A model generated the notes under the pieces. It was not told the DNA's origin and did no database searches. It was given only the letters and a program-made list of their open reading frames with translations. DNA of 64,000 bases from a virus. Of this stretch, positions 51,995-61,048 are shown one piece after another (within the stretch, counting starts at the first letter, position 1; each line of letters starts with the position of its first letter). Location: IMG/VR virus record IMGVR_UViG_3300047509_000037, positions 32,152 to 96,151 of that record, one strand, 5' to 3'. The translations under genes were made by a program, and so were the position numbers.

Positions 51995-52645
51995 TTAAGC
52001 CGACAAGAATTGGGTGAGCCAGCTTTCACCAGCGTATCCGTTGCCGCCTGACAAGACGACCGTCGAATCCGCCGTATGGTCGCCGGAGATGGTAAAGTAC
52101 GAACCTCCCGGCATACTCCCAGTTCCATTCTGTAGGAACACGACCACCGAACCACTCGTGCTGTGGAGACGAATGATGTAGTCATAGTGCGGGTCGAACG
52201 TCATGCTGAAAGTGTCTGACGTATTGACGCCCGTGCTGAGAGTTGGGGTGAAGCTACTGCCGAAAGAAATCGGAGTGCGGGAGATTACATCCCACGTATC
52301 CGGCGCAACCTTTGCGATGTTGATTGCCGAGATGGGGAAAGAACCGCTGACTACGCTGAGGGTGATTTGAGCGTGAGTGGCGTTCTGCAAAAGTCCGCGC
52401 CCTGCGAGACAGAGGAACGAAGTTCCGTTCCCTAGAAACGCCGTCGCCGGGGCGATGAATCCGCCCGTGGGTGATGTAAAGGGCAATGGGAATACGTTCA
52501 GCCCAGCGGGAACGCTTGCCGATGCGAGAGCCGCGACACTCACGGCAGTGACCCCATAGTTGACGCCGCTGCGGTCTACGGGAATGATGTCTCCCACTTG
52601 TGCGGGATTGCCGTTCGTCAACTGAGAAATTTTTTCGGATGCCAT
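51995..52645 (-). CDS. tail fibre-associated protein
   Basis: KISQL....GDIIPVDR N-terminal motif common in fibre proteins. Confidence 0.6.
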   Translation of the reverse strand: MASEKISQLTNGNPAQVGDIIPVDRSGVNYGVTAVSVAALASASVPAGLNVFPLPFTSPTGGFIAPATAFLGNGTSFLCLAGRGLLQNATHAQITLSVVSGSFPISAINIAKVAPDTWDVISRTPISFGSSFTPTLSTGVNTSDTFSMTFDPHYDYIIRLHSTSGSVVVFLQNGTGSMPGGSYFTISGDHTADSTVVLSGGNGYAGESWLTQFLSA

Positions 52646-53265
52646 TAAGTCTCCAAGAGGATTGCGTTCGGTACTCCGCTTTCGAGGAGGAACACGCCGC
52701 CAGTCTCCGTCAGGAGATAATTGGGGGCGGCTTGTGAGGCAATTACTATCTCGCCCTGCCAAGCAATCGCGCCGCCGTAGCTGTATGCCACGACTTTATA
52801 CTTTGAACCTGCGGGCAAGAGTGCATCATTCGCCCAGAGCGCCACAAGCGCCGTCCCGTTCGCGTCGAGTTGCACGCTGACTTTCTTTCCGGCTGCGACT
52901 TGTGGTCCGTTGTTCCCGGCGTCGAAGGTCAACCGAAATGTCGCGGTGCCGTTCGCCAGCGGGTTCCCCTGCGGGTCTTGGAACGCATAAAGCAAGAGAG
53001 GTTTAGGTGACGCGATAGTGACAGTGCCCGTCTCCGTGTCGCTACCTGAACCGCTTGGAAAGTTCGGCGCTCCCGGTACGTCGATGGTGAACGAGCCGCC
53101 ACTGACGCCGACTACGGTGAAGGTGTTGCCATTGAGATACGTGTCGAGAGGCGTGAGAGTCAACCCCGCGAAAGAAACCCGCGTTCCGGGTGAGATGCCT
53201 GCGACGGAGTTCACGAAGACTGTTACGACTTCGCTGCTACACGTGACTGCTGAAATTGTTGCCAT
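52645..53265 (-). CDS. tail adaptor protein
   Basis: FCCH-like barrel plus FQDPQGNPLANG domain plus LLTETG..LLE tail. Confidence 0.6.
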   Translation of the reverse strand: MATISAVTCSSEVVTVFVNSVAGISPGTRVSFAGLTLTPLDTYLNGNTFTVVGVSGGSFTIDVPGAPNFPSGSGSDTETGTVTIASPKPLLLYAFQDPQGNPLANGTATFRLTFDAGNNGPQVAAGKKVSVQLDANGTALVALWANDALLPAGSKYKVVAYSYGGAIAWQGEIVIASQAAPNYLLTETGGVFLLESGVPNAILLET

Positions 53266-53267
53266 CG

Positions 53268-53885
53268 CTACCTCGTGTGATAGAACGGAGCCGTCTCATC
53301 GGTGAATGAAACGTCGGACCATTCGCACGGCTCTATGCCGAGTCGCGCCGCAACGTCTGTCGTGATTTCATCCTGTAGCGAGATTGCTTCTTCGGAACGT
53401 GTCTCCCACGGCTTGAGCAGCGGCGGGAGGAACCGATGATACGCGTACTTAGACGCGGTGTACTTTACATCGCGGAGTAAACCCGACGCGATGATTCGCT
53501 CAACCGTCTCGCGGCTGAACCCTATCGCGGGTCCACTGAGGATTCTTTCCCCGGTGTGAGTGTATCGGTACGCACAGAAAATTGGGGCGTTGGGAAGTGT
53601 TGCGGCTTGATTGACATGCGTGTCAGGGTCAACCTTAACAAGCCATTCGTCATCGGTCTCCAGAAAGAGGTTGAAGAACCGTTCGGTCCAACGCCCACTG
53701 AATTGCGACAGCTTTAGCCTTTGTCCTTCCTGATAAGCCACTCCGTTCCGGCGGCAGAAGTCTTCGTAATCCCCGACTCCCACCCCATCTGAAATAGACA
53801 GGATGGAACCTCGGTAGCACCTTTGCAAGTTTGCGATGCACGTCTGTGCGAGATGCTGGTCACGATAGACTCCCACGTAGAACAT
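53268..53885 (-). CDS. GT-A glycosyltransferase
   Basis: ISDG, WLVKVDPDT (DxD), SGPAIGFSRETV, QDE. Confidence 0.7.
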   Translation of the reverse strand: MFYVGVYRDQHLAQTCIANLQRCYRGSILSISDGVGVGDYEDFCRRNGVAYQEGQRLKLSQFSGRWTERFFNLFLETDDEWLVKVDPDTHVNQAATLPNAPIFCAYRYTHTGERILSGPAIGFSRETVERIIASGLLRDVKYTASKYAYHRFLPPLLKPWETRSEEAISLQDEITTDVAARLGIEPCEWSDVSFTDETAPFYHTR

Positions 53886-54832
53886 TACTGGCTCCGAGCG
53901 TTCATCCCTTGTTGCATCTTCGCGGTGTAGCCCGCTTGCAGGGACTCCCACATGTTCAGGAAGATTTGTTTCTGTTCCTCGCTCAGACCTTCTTGCCGTC
54001 CGAGGAGTGCTGCTTTGAATTGGTTGTTCGCCCATCCAGCACGCGGGTCGTCCGCGAACTGCCACATCAATGAGAGGAAGCCCCAATCGTAAATGTACTG
54101 CATGAAATCCGGCAGCGGTGCCCAAGTCTGGTTGATGCTCGTGACTTGCGGTGCCGCAAGCTGGACATGAATCTCGACAGGGTATGCTTTATCTGGCGCT
54201 GACTGGACACGGAAGGTGATGTTCCCGCTCCCGTCTTCAATGTGTGGACCGATGAACTCTGGACGATTGGCTGAGGATTCCAACGACAGGTTGTTCTTTA
54301 CTTCCAACTGGAACCACTTGTTTGGAGTGCCGTCCGCGTTCAGGTCAAGCACGCTTGCGTGTTCGATATGTGAGAACAGCGGGACGTTCAAGCTGTAGTC
54401 CTGAGTCGTTAGACCCGTGAAGACGCCTGCGGTATCAGTCGCGTCTGCCAGCGTAGTGTTGGCGGTGAACGACGTGCTGTTTGCGGTGAGAACCTCAAAG
54501 ATGTTTCCGTTTGCCGTGGTCAGCCCACCCGCGAATGCCGAAGCGATGATTGGGTCGCCTTGCGCGAACGTGTTCGGCGCAGTGACCGTCAGGACTCCAG
54601 ACGAGATGACGGCAACCGTCGAGGTCGCTGTCTTAGGCGTCGGGTTACATGTAAAAACCAAGTCCTGATTGTTCCACCACCACTCGAACGGAGGTCCGAG
54701 GATTACCTGCATGACGATGTTGGCGCTGGTGAGAGCAGGCTCCAACGAGTTGCCGATGACAGGGTAGCGGTTGAAACTCATTCGCTTTGCCCAATTGATT
54801 GAGTCTTGAATTGTGCGGGTGGAGATTGCCAT
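53885..54832 (-). CDS. head-tail adaptor protein (paralog 2)
   Basis: TIQD..PALT.AN..ILGPPF.W..QDY..APD.AY..Q..P.PD..Y..GFL. Confidence 0.65.
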   Translation of the reverse strand: MAISTRTIQDSINWAKRMSFNRYPVIGNSLEPALTSANIVMQVILGPPFEWWWNNQDLVFTCNPTPKTATSTVAVISSGVLTVTAPNTFAQGDPIIASAFAGGLTTANGNIFEVLTANSTSFTANTTLADATDTAGVFTGLTTQDYSLNVPLFSHIEHASVLDLNADGTPNKWFQLEVKNNLSLESSANRPEFIGPHIEDGSGNITFRVQSAPDKAYPVEIHVQLAAPQVTSINQTWAPLPDFMQYIYDWGFLSLMWQFADDPRAGWANNQFKAALLGRQEGLSEEQKQIFLNMWESLQAGYTAKMQQGMNARSQ

Positions 54833-54838
54833 AGGTTC

Positions 54839-55585
54839 CTATCTCATGCCGAAGAAGTCGAACAGACTCGGCGGTCGCATCGCGGGCGGCGGTGGGGGTT
54901 CCACGTATGCCGTGAGCGACGGCGCGAAGGTGAACGCTTCAGTGATTTGTTCGTCAGTGAATGCGGGGAGGAAATCCACTGTAGACCAGTGCTTGTCCTG
55001 TTCGTTTTCTTTCCACAAGTAAGTTGTCACAGCGACGATGCTTCCGTCTTCTGCGATTACTGCGGACCCGCTGTCGCCGGGGATGACTTCCATGCCAAAC
55101 CGGACGACGCCTTGACTCTGGTCAATCTCGCTGAAGTCATCGAACGGGAGTTTGATTCCATCAAGACGCCGGGGAGGATACTGTCCTTCGCCGTCGCCGT
55201 AGATATGAACCCTCTCCCAAGACTTAGCTGGGCGGACTTTGTACTCCACGAAATTGTGAAGCGGGGGTCCGTCGATGAGATAGATGTCGTGGTCACGATT
55301 GTCAGTCAGAGTCTTCTGGATGTGATAATCGTTGAGCACGAGGTCAAGGTGAATCTTAGTCAGCTTGTCATCCTTGTTGCAATGAGAAGCCGTGAGCAAC
55401 GCGTGCGGACCAATCGCGGTCGCGGTGCATTCTCCTACCGCACGAGTGCCACGGAGGAAGACAACCATGTGGGTCGCCTTCTGCTCAATCGTAGGAGTGT
55501 TAAGGTTGGTCTGGAATTTTTGTGGCGTGGAGCAAGCAGCGAACAAAAGGGTTAGAGCGAACAACAGGCGTGGAAGCCATTTCAC
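54839..55585 (-). CDS. trypsin-like serine protease lipoprotein
   Basis: Lipobox LLFAAC; CTATAI..LLTASHC, D, GDSGS triad. Confidence 0.85.
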   Translation of the reverse strand: MKWLPRLLFALTLLFAACSTPQKFQTNLNTPTIEQKATHMVVFLRGTRAVGECTATAIGPHALLTASHCNKDDKLTKIHLDLVLNDYHIQKTLTDNRDHDIYLIDGPPLHNFVEYKVRPAKSWERVHIYGDGEGQYPPRRLDGIKLPFDDFSEIDQSQGVVRFGMEVIPGDSGSAVIAEDGSIVAVTTYLWKENEQDKHWSTVDFLPAFTDEQITEAFTFAPSLTAYVEPPPPPAMRPPSLFDFFGMR

Positions 55586-55677
55586 GTCGGTGTCTCCAAC
55601 AGAGCATCCGGTCTACGTCGCCATTAAGAAAAACTATACCACTTTTTCTAAATGCCCTCTGTTCGACGGTACAATGT

Positions 55678-56751
55678 CTAGATGCCCCAAGGACCGTAAG
55701 GTTGCGCGGGGTTGACTGAGTTGTACGCCCAGCCTGTTTCCATAACGTTTGACATCGGGACAAAGCCCCAATCATCTTGTTCGCGGCTGCCCTGACGAAC
55801 TGCGTTGTCGAGCGCCTGCATCCACAGCTTGAACTCCATGTCGAACTTCGTTCGCAGCTTCGGGTCAGGAGAGAACCGATAGCATTGCGCGAAGAAGCCC
55901 GTCTTGATGTAGGAGAAGTAGTCGTCTGGGATTGGTTCGATGAACTGGTTCAGCTTTGTGAACTGTTGAATCTTTGCCTGTCCAATCGGAGCAATCTGCC
56001 ACACGGGTCCAGTCTGAGAAGGACCGGGGTAGATGCGGAATCCGGCTGCCTTGGGGTTGATAGCGGTCCAAGTGACACTGCCGTCCGTCACGGTCGTTGC
56101 GACGGTAGATGGTTTGGCGAGTGTTGGGAAAACAGGATTCAGGTTCGAAAGGAAGGGGTTCGTGTTGCCACACGTTCCATACGTCGTGACCAACCACAGG
56201 TTGCCGAAAGAATCTTGGACCTGAGTGATGGGGTTGGACGGCATGGACGTTGCGCCGAGCGGACTCGTATAAACCGCGCCGGGACCGGGGTTTTGGATTC
56301 CGGTAAGAGAGTTGATTTGCGAGACGCCCCACGTTCCGAACGTCATCGTGTCGTTCTGCATCCACGCGATGCGGGCGTTGTTGCTTCCGGTGGTTTGCAG
56401 GCTGGTGATAAGAACGTCGCGCCGCACATCGACTACCGCGAAGGGTTTCGGGTATTGTGTCGAGCTAGTGTTCCACGCCCCGCAACTTTCGAGCCAGCCA
56501 AGATTGACCACGTTCGATGCGTAATCTTGCTGCCACGAGTTGATGAAGAAAGGCGGAATGATGATGCGGTTGAACTTGAAATTGAACGGAGACCCTTTGG
56601 AACTCCCCGCCAGCATCGCGGTCATCGCGTCATTGATTGCGGAGAGTGCAACCGTTTCGTAAGCGCCGCCCGTTGGGAGGGTCGGTGCGAGGTCGCCCAT
56701 TGCGCGGGCGATGTCCACGAGGTTCTGCACAGTGTAGCTGGAGTTTCCCAT
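55678..56751 (-). CDS. head-tail adaptor protein (paralog 1)
   Basis: TVQ..ALSAIN..PFNFKFN..QQDY..RIYP.P..QF..PIPDDY. Confidence 0.65.
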   Translation of the reverse strand: MGNSSYTVQNLVDIARAMGDLAPTLPTGGAYETVALSAINDAMTAMLAGSSKGSPFNFKFNRIIIPPFFINSWQQDYASNVVNLGWLESCGAWNTSSTQYPKPFAVVDVRRDVLITSLQTTGSNNARIAWMQNDTMTFGTWGVSQINSLTGIQNPGPGAVYTSPLGATSMPSNPITQVQDSFGNLWLVTTYGTCGNTNPFLSNLNPVFPTLAKPSTVATTVTDGSVTWTAINPKAAGFRIYPGPSQTGPVWQIAPIGQAKIQQFTKLNQFIEPIPDDYFSYIKTGFFAQCYRFSPDPKLRTKFDMEFKLWMQALDNAVRQGSREQDDWGFVPMSNVMETGWAYNSVNPAQPYGPWGI

Positions 56752-56862
56752 AGGTTCCTTTGAAAGTTAATCGGAGGTTTATGCGCCTTCGCCTCCGTAC
56801 ACGAGCGGCGTCCGTCATCAGCCCGAAAGCCCTAAGACACGACGCTGGCACTCGCTTGCAAC

Positions 56863-57519
56863 TTACCGAAGGTTGGTCGAGGAAATGTTCTCGCGGTAAA
56901 CGTCAGCCGCGTCAACCTTCTGACCTTGTTCGTTGAGCGTAGTGAATCGGCACTGGACCGACGTGGACATTGAGTTGCCCGTCGGATACATCACTGCCGT
57001 TTCGTACTGCTCCACAGCTTTGTCAAACTTCGCTTTGTTGAAGCTACCGTCGGCGGGAGCAACGTTGCGACCCTTCGCGTCGAAGAAAAAGTTCTTCTCG
57101 ACCGGAGGATTCCACGTCTTACCGCAACGGAGACAGCGGACCCAGATGTCGCCGTTAATCATCTGGTGCTTGATGACGGCGAACTGCTCACCGTTACCGC
57201 CAGTATGAAGAACACGATTGTCGCGGGCGTTGACTTTGCCGCCCTTGCGATGGGTGCAGATGGAGAACCGATAGTTGTCGGTCGCCTCTTGCTGTGCGAA
57301 CGTGCGACCCTGAGCAGCGCGGTCTTCCTGCAACTGCTTCTCGCGGAGTTCACGCTCTGCGATTGTCGCCTTCAAGTCCTTGATGTGGTACTTGCGTTCT
57401 TCCTGCTCCAGCTTCAGTGCTTCAAGCTGTTGTTTCTTGATTTCGAGTTCGAGTTCGCGGGCTTGCAATTCCGCCAGCTTAATCTGCTCATCGACACTCA
57501 GCGTTTCCTTGTTGCTCAT
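56863..57519 (-). CDS. head-module protein with coiled coil and Zn ribbon
   Basis: AGGAGG RBS; CTH..RCLRCG. Confidence 0.7.
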   Translation of the reverse strand: MSNKETLSVDEQIKLAELQARELELEIKKQQLEALKLEQEERKYHIKDLKATIAERELREKQLQEDRAAQGRTFAQQEATDNYRFSICTHRKGGKVNARDNRVLHTGGNGEQFAVIKHQMINGDIWVRCLRCGKTWNPPVEKNFFFDAKGRNVAPADGSFNKAKFDKAVEQYETAVMYPTGNSMSTSVQCRFTTLNEQGQKVDAADVYRENISSTNLR

Positions 57520-57526
57520 ACTCCTC

Positions 57527-58237
57527 CTATGATTTGTCCAACATGCTACCTTGGTTGCGGAAGTGCTGCAACGTTTGGTTGTACCGATGGAAAGCAGGCG
57601 TCGTAGCGGGCTTCCCAAAAAGTTCTTCGGCTTTCTTCTCGCTGATGACTCCCTTGAGAATCAACTGGAGAAGGCACGTGCGCCAGCCGCGATACTTCTC
57701 GGTGGTGGGCACGCCGTGCTCGTCGAAGCGCATGACGCTGAGTTCAGGTGCGAACCCAATCATGCACCAGCAGCCGACTTCCGGCGTCTGGTTGTCATGC
57801 TTCTGAATGACGAGCGTAATCTTTCCGGCTTGTGGATGCTGGCGATACCAGCACTTCACTCCGGCTTCACGCAGCTTGTTGATGAACACGACCGAGTGCA
57901 TGATGCGCCCGATTCGGTCCCCTGCGTACTTGTACTCCTCAGGAGTGACCCAGCGATATTCTTTCGCTGCGTTCTCCGAGGCTTCCTGCAATCGACAGAG
58001 TTCTTCTTGCGTTTGGCTCGACGGTTTCGCGTCACTCACGTTCTGAGCGTACTCAGCCATCGCTTCGAGCATCTCCGGGGAGTCGGTGTCGAGTTCCGAA
58101 TCGTAAGTCTCCCAAGGTGCGAGGTCGTTGGCGCGAGTCCCTTGCCGTGCCGCAATCTCCTCCGGCGTGAGGTTGGGAATAACAGCTTGTGGCGCAGCGT
58201 CTTCCCAACGCTGCATATATTCTTCGTTTGTTGGCAA
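57527..58237 (-). CDS. hypothetical head-module protein
   Basis: AGGAGG RBS before TTG; RGWRTCLLQLI motif. Confidence 0.7.
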   Translation of the reverse strand: MPTNEEYMQRWEDAAPQAVIPNLTPEEIAARQGTRANDLAPWETYDSELDTDSPEMLEAMAEYAQNVSDAKPSSQTQEELCRLQEASENAAKEYRWVTPEEYKYAGDRIGRIMHSVVFINKLREAGVKCWYRQHPQAGKITLVIQKHDNQTPEVGCWCMIGFAPELSVMRFDEHGVPTTEKYRGWRTCLLQLILKGVISEKKAEELFGKPATTPAFHRYNQTLQHFRNQGSMLDKS

Positions 58238-58323
58238 CCTTCCTCCTAAATTGTGTCGGCTCTCACGCTGGCTCTCGAAATGGTGCGCGGAGAGCCGTCC
58301 ACAGTTGATGCGAGAATCCAGTC

Positions 58324-58665
58324 TCATTCCCCCGGGAGCAAGCCGTGGTGAGTGCTAGTGCTTTCCCCGCGTTCTAGACCGCCGGGTTCCGCCGTCGGCT
58401 CCGCTTCCGGTAATCCACCTTCCCCGGTGCCTGTTTCTGTTGCCGCATCAAATTCGCCGTTACAAAGTTGCTTGAACAATTCGTCGTTCGCTTGCGCCTG
58501 TTGAATCTGGTTTCGCAAGCTGGTTACCGAACCGCGCAGTGCGCTGTTCACACGCCGCAAAAGGCGGGCAGTGTTGCGCGAGACTTCTAGTTCTCCGCGC
58601 AGAATATCGTTGGACTCCACGAGTCCCGCGATGATGATGTCTTTGTCCTTTGTCCCCTCCGACAT
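58324..58665 (-). CDS. coiled-coil hypothetical protein
   Basis: GGAGGAG RBS. Confidence 0.65.
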   Translation of the reverse strand: MSEGTKDKDIIIAGLVESNDILRGELEVSRNTARLLRRVNSALRGSVTSLRNQIQQAQANDELFKQLCNGEFDAATETGTGEGGLPEAEPTAEPGGLERGESTSTHHGLLPGE

Positions 58666-58684
58666 AGGCTCCTCCATTTTCAAT

Positions 58685-58726
58685 AAAGTAAAAGTGCTCA
58701 CTAAACTTTCTAGGTTTAGTGAGCAC
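58685..58726 (-). terminator. Rho-independent terminator
   Basis: GTGCTCACTAAAC/GTTTAGTGAGCAC then TTTTACTTT. Confidence 0.75.
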
Positions 58727-58741
58727 GATGTTGCGTCTCCC

Positions 58742-59299
58742 TTACGGGATTACCGTGACGATAATCTGGACGTAGATGAAGTTCACAGGTTCCGCTTCGT
58801 TGATGTCCGAAGGACCATTGCCAAGCGTATTATCGAAGGTCGGGAAAGAAACTTCGACAATCGCCTGACCGACGCCACGAGACGTAATCAGTCCGCTAGA
58901 ACTGACCGACACAATCTCAGCCGTGTAGCCCGCGAAGGCACTCGGCTTATACCACGCAGGCGGTGAACCCGCCGCGTTGTTGGGGTCGCCGTAAGATACG
59001 TAGACCGGGGAGCCGACCGGAGAGTATGCGTTGTTCTTCACGTCAACTTCGGTGGTGGTCAACTGGCAGGTGTTAGAGAACCCGCCCGCCGAACTCAGGC
59101 TGAGCGTCAGGGCGTATTGCGCGACCGGGAAAGTTCCGCCCGCCGTTGCACCGATACCCTGACCGTTGGTGCCCGATGCACCCGGATGAACCGTAGTCCC
59201 GCCGCTAGGACTCGTGATGCCCGTTCCAGAAACCTGAACGTATGCTGCTACACCCAAGCCGTCCGTGGGGACGTGTTGGGGATTGGGATTTCCACTCAT
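58742..59299 (-). CDS. Ig-like capsid decoration protein
   Basis: IVSVSSSGLITSRGVGQAIVEV (Big_2-like); near capsid gene. Confidence 0.6.
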   Translation of the reverse strand: MSGNPNPQHVPTDGLGVAAYVQVSGTGITSPSGGTTVHPGASGTNGQGIGATAGGTFPVAQYALTLSLSSAGGFSNTCQLTTTEVDVKNNAYSPVGSPVYVSYGDPNNAAGSPPAWYKPSAFAGYTAEIVSVSSSGLITSRGVGQAIVEVSFPTFDNTLGNGPSDINEAEPVNFIYVQIIVTVIP

Positions 59300-59300
59300 G

Positions 59301-59924
59301 TTAAATTTCCTTTTCTGCGAGGCTCTTAGCCCGCGTGAGAATCTCGGTGACTCTCATGTCCACAAGCAGAGACGGAATCTGGTGCCCATAAGCCCTCGTC
59401 AACGCCATTTCCAACCAAGCACGAATCGAAAACTTTGACTTGCTGGCTTGACATGACAACATCGAACTTTCGGGATGTGAACTACAGCAGGGGACGAGGT
59501 TGCCGGGAATGTGACCGAGAGACGAATCAATGCGGTCTAAACCCCAAACTTTTCCTTCATCGGGAACCCGACCGCAATAAGTACACGGTCTGGGATTTCC
59601 CAACTTGTCGAGGTAATAGTGAACTGCCTCGGTAGGGTTGGAGAACCCGAAATCACGTCCTGCCACTTTGTCTGCCCAACGCATTCCAAGATACCTCTTA
59701 CGAAGTATCTTGTAATATCCGTTTGACATCTGTTTCGCACGGTTAGAAAACTCCATGCCCGCCCGCGTGTATCCTACGAGCGTCCCATCTTTTCGCCACT
59801 CAACTGCCCAGTATTCTACCGTCTCTACGGGAATTCCCGTTCGGTCAGATATTTCCTGTCGGCTTCGTCGTTGACGCAAACCTTCTAAAACTTTTTGTCG
59901 TATTTCTTCAGTGTGTGCTTTCAT
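59301..59924 (-). CDS. HTH plus HNH homing endonuclease
   Basis: SRQEISDRTGIP HTH; CTYCG..GLDRIDSSLGH.PGNLVPCC. Confidence 0.8.
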   Translation of the reverse strand: MKAHTEEIRQKVLEGLRQRRSRQEISDRTGIPVETVEYWAVEWRKDGTLVGYTRAGMEFSNRAKQMSNGYYKILRKRYLGMRWADKVAGRDFGFSNPTEAVHYYLDKLGNPRPCTYCGRVPDEGKVWGLDRIDSSLGHIPGNLVPCCSSHPESSMLSCQASKSKFSIRAWLEMALTRAYGHQIPSLLVDMRVTEILTRAKSLAEKEI

Positions 59925-59948
59925 CTTCTCTCCTTAATAGAGAACATG

Positions 59949-59976
59949 AAAACAGGGCGTGATTAAGGCACGCCCT
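59949..59976 (-). terminator. terminator after major capsid gene
   Basis: AGGGCGTG/CACGCCCT hairpin then GTTTT. Confidence 0.6.
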
Positions 59977-59998
59977 ATTTTCGTCGTTGCCGTCAGGG

Positions 59999-61027
59999 TT
60001 AGCTGATTGCAGACGCAGCGTCGATTTGACGCATACGGATTGTAGTGTCGGGACCGAGTGACGTAGTAAAATGTACGCGATACGCAGTCCACCCCGGAAT
60101 CAAACCTTCGGGGTCTGCAACACTCGGTGCGGCGTTCTGCACGATGTTGCAGGAGATGTTGCGCCAGTCGCCATCACCGTAAGCAGTGTCCTGCTTGGCT
60201 CCGAGGTTGATGGAGAAGATACCATCGCGCCCGAAGATGTAGGTGCGGAGAGCCGTCAGACCAGTCACCCCTTGGAAGTTCGAGGTCTTGGTCACGAGGT
60301 TCGTCTGGAAGAACCGAACGCCGCTGGTCGGCAGTTCAATCTGTTCCATCAAATCCACGCTGACGAGTTCGTCCATGCGTTGCTGACCCTCGACAGTGTG
60401 CTTCAGAATGTCGATAGGGCTGTCGTTGCTGTTGTCAGCCAGCACGTCGCCAAGGGCGAACGGGTGGATAACTCCGGCGAACGCTTTCCCGCCGTCGAAC
60501 GGCATGACCGAGCGACCCGCAAGCGACTGAACGCTGTTACGGATTTGGCTCAGGGAAAGAGCGGTGAAGCTGGAAGTGCTGGAAGCAGCCAGTTTCACGA
60601 GCACGGATGCGTCAATGCTGTTCGCGCCGTCAGCAGTTGCACGGACGAGAGCAGACAGGGACTCACCGAGGCGGTACGACATTTCCTTCGCGCAATTCTC
60701 GACGGTGTTGTCAATCGCCGTAGCGAGGGACAGAGACGAGAAGTTGGCGTAGTCAGCGTACTCACCAATGGTCGCGGTCGTGGTCAGCACGTTGAGGCTG
60801 AGGGACGAACCGACGGTGCCTTCGGTTGCTTGGACAGTGTTGGCTGCCAGAGGAACGTACATGTACAATTCGTACTGGTTGCCGCTGCCCACAGGCAGTT
60901 CGAGGCGCTCCGAGCAACGGATGAACGGAGTGTTTGCCTTCAGGTTCTCACGGAACTTTTTGTCGTAATACTTCACCGTGGACTGGGGCAGGTTAGAAAG
61001 CTGGTTTCCTGCGGGAGAAAAACTCAT
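59999..61027 (-). CDS. major capsid protein (HK97 fold, N4-gp56-like)
   Basis: YYDKKF..L, TEGT..TIGEYADY..S, GVIHP...D, GVRF.QT; follows scaffold; strong codon bias. Confidence 0.85.
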   Translation of the reverse strand: MSFSPAGNQLSNLPQSTVKYYDKKFRENLKANTPFIRCSERLELPVGSGNQYELYMYVPLAANTVQATEGTVGSSLSLNVLTTTATIGEYADYANFSSLSLATAIDNTVENCAKEMSYRLGESLSALVRATADGANSIDASVLVKLAASSTSSFTALSLSQIRNSVQSLAGRSVMPFDGGKAFAGVIHPFALGDVLADNSNDSPIDILKHTVEGQQRMDELVSVDLMEQIELPTSGVRFFQTNLVTKTSNFQGVTGLTALRTYIFGRDGIFSINLGAKQDTAYGDGDWRNISCNIVQNAAPSVADPEGLIPGWTAYRVHFTTSLGPDTTIRMRQIDAASAIS

Positions 61028-61048
61028 GTGAGTTTATCCTTGTTTGGT

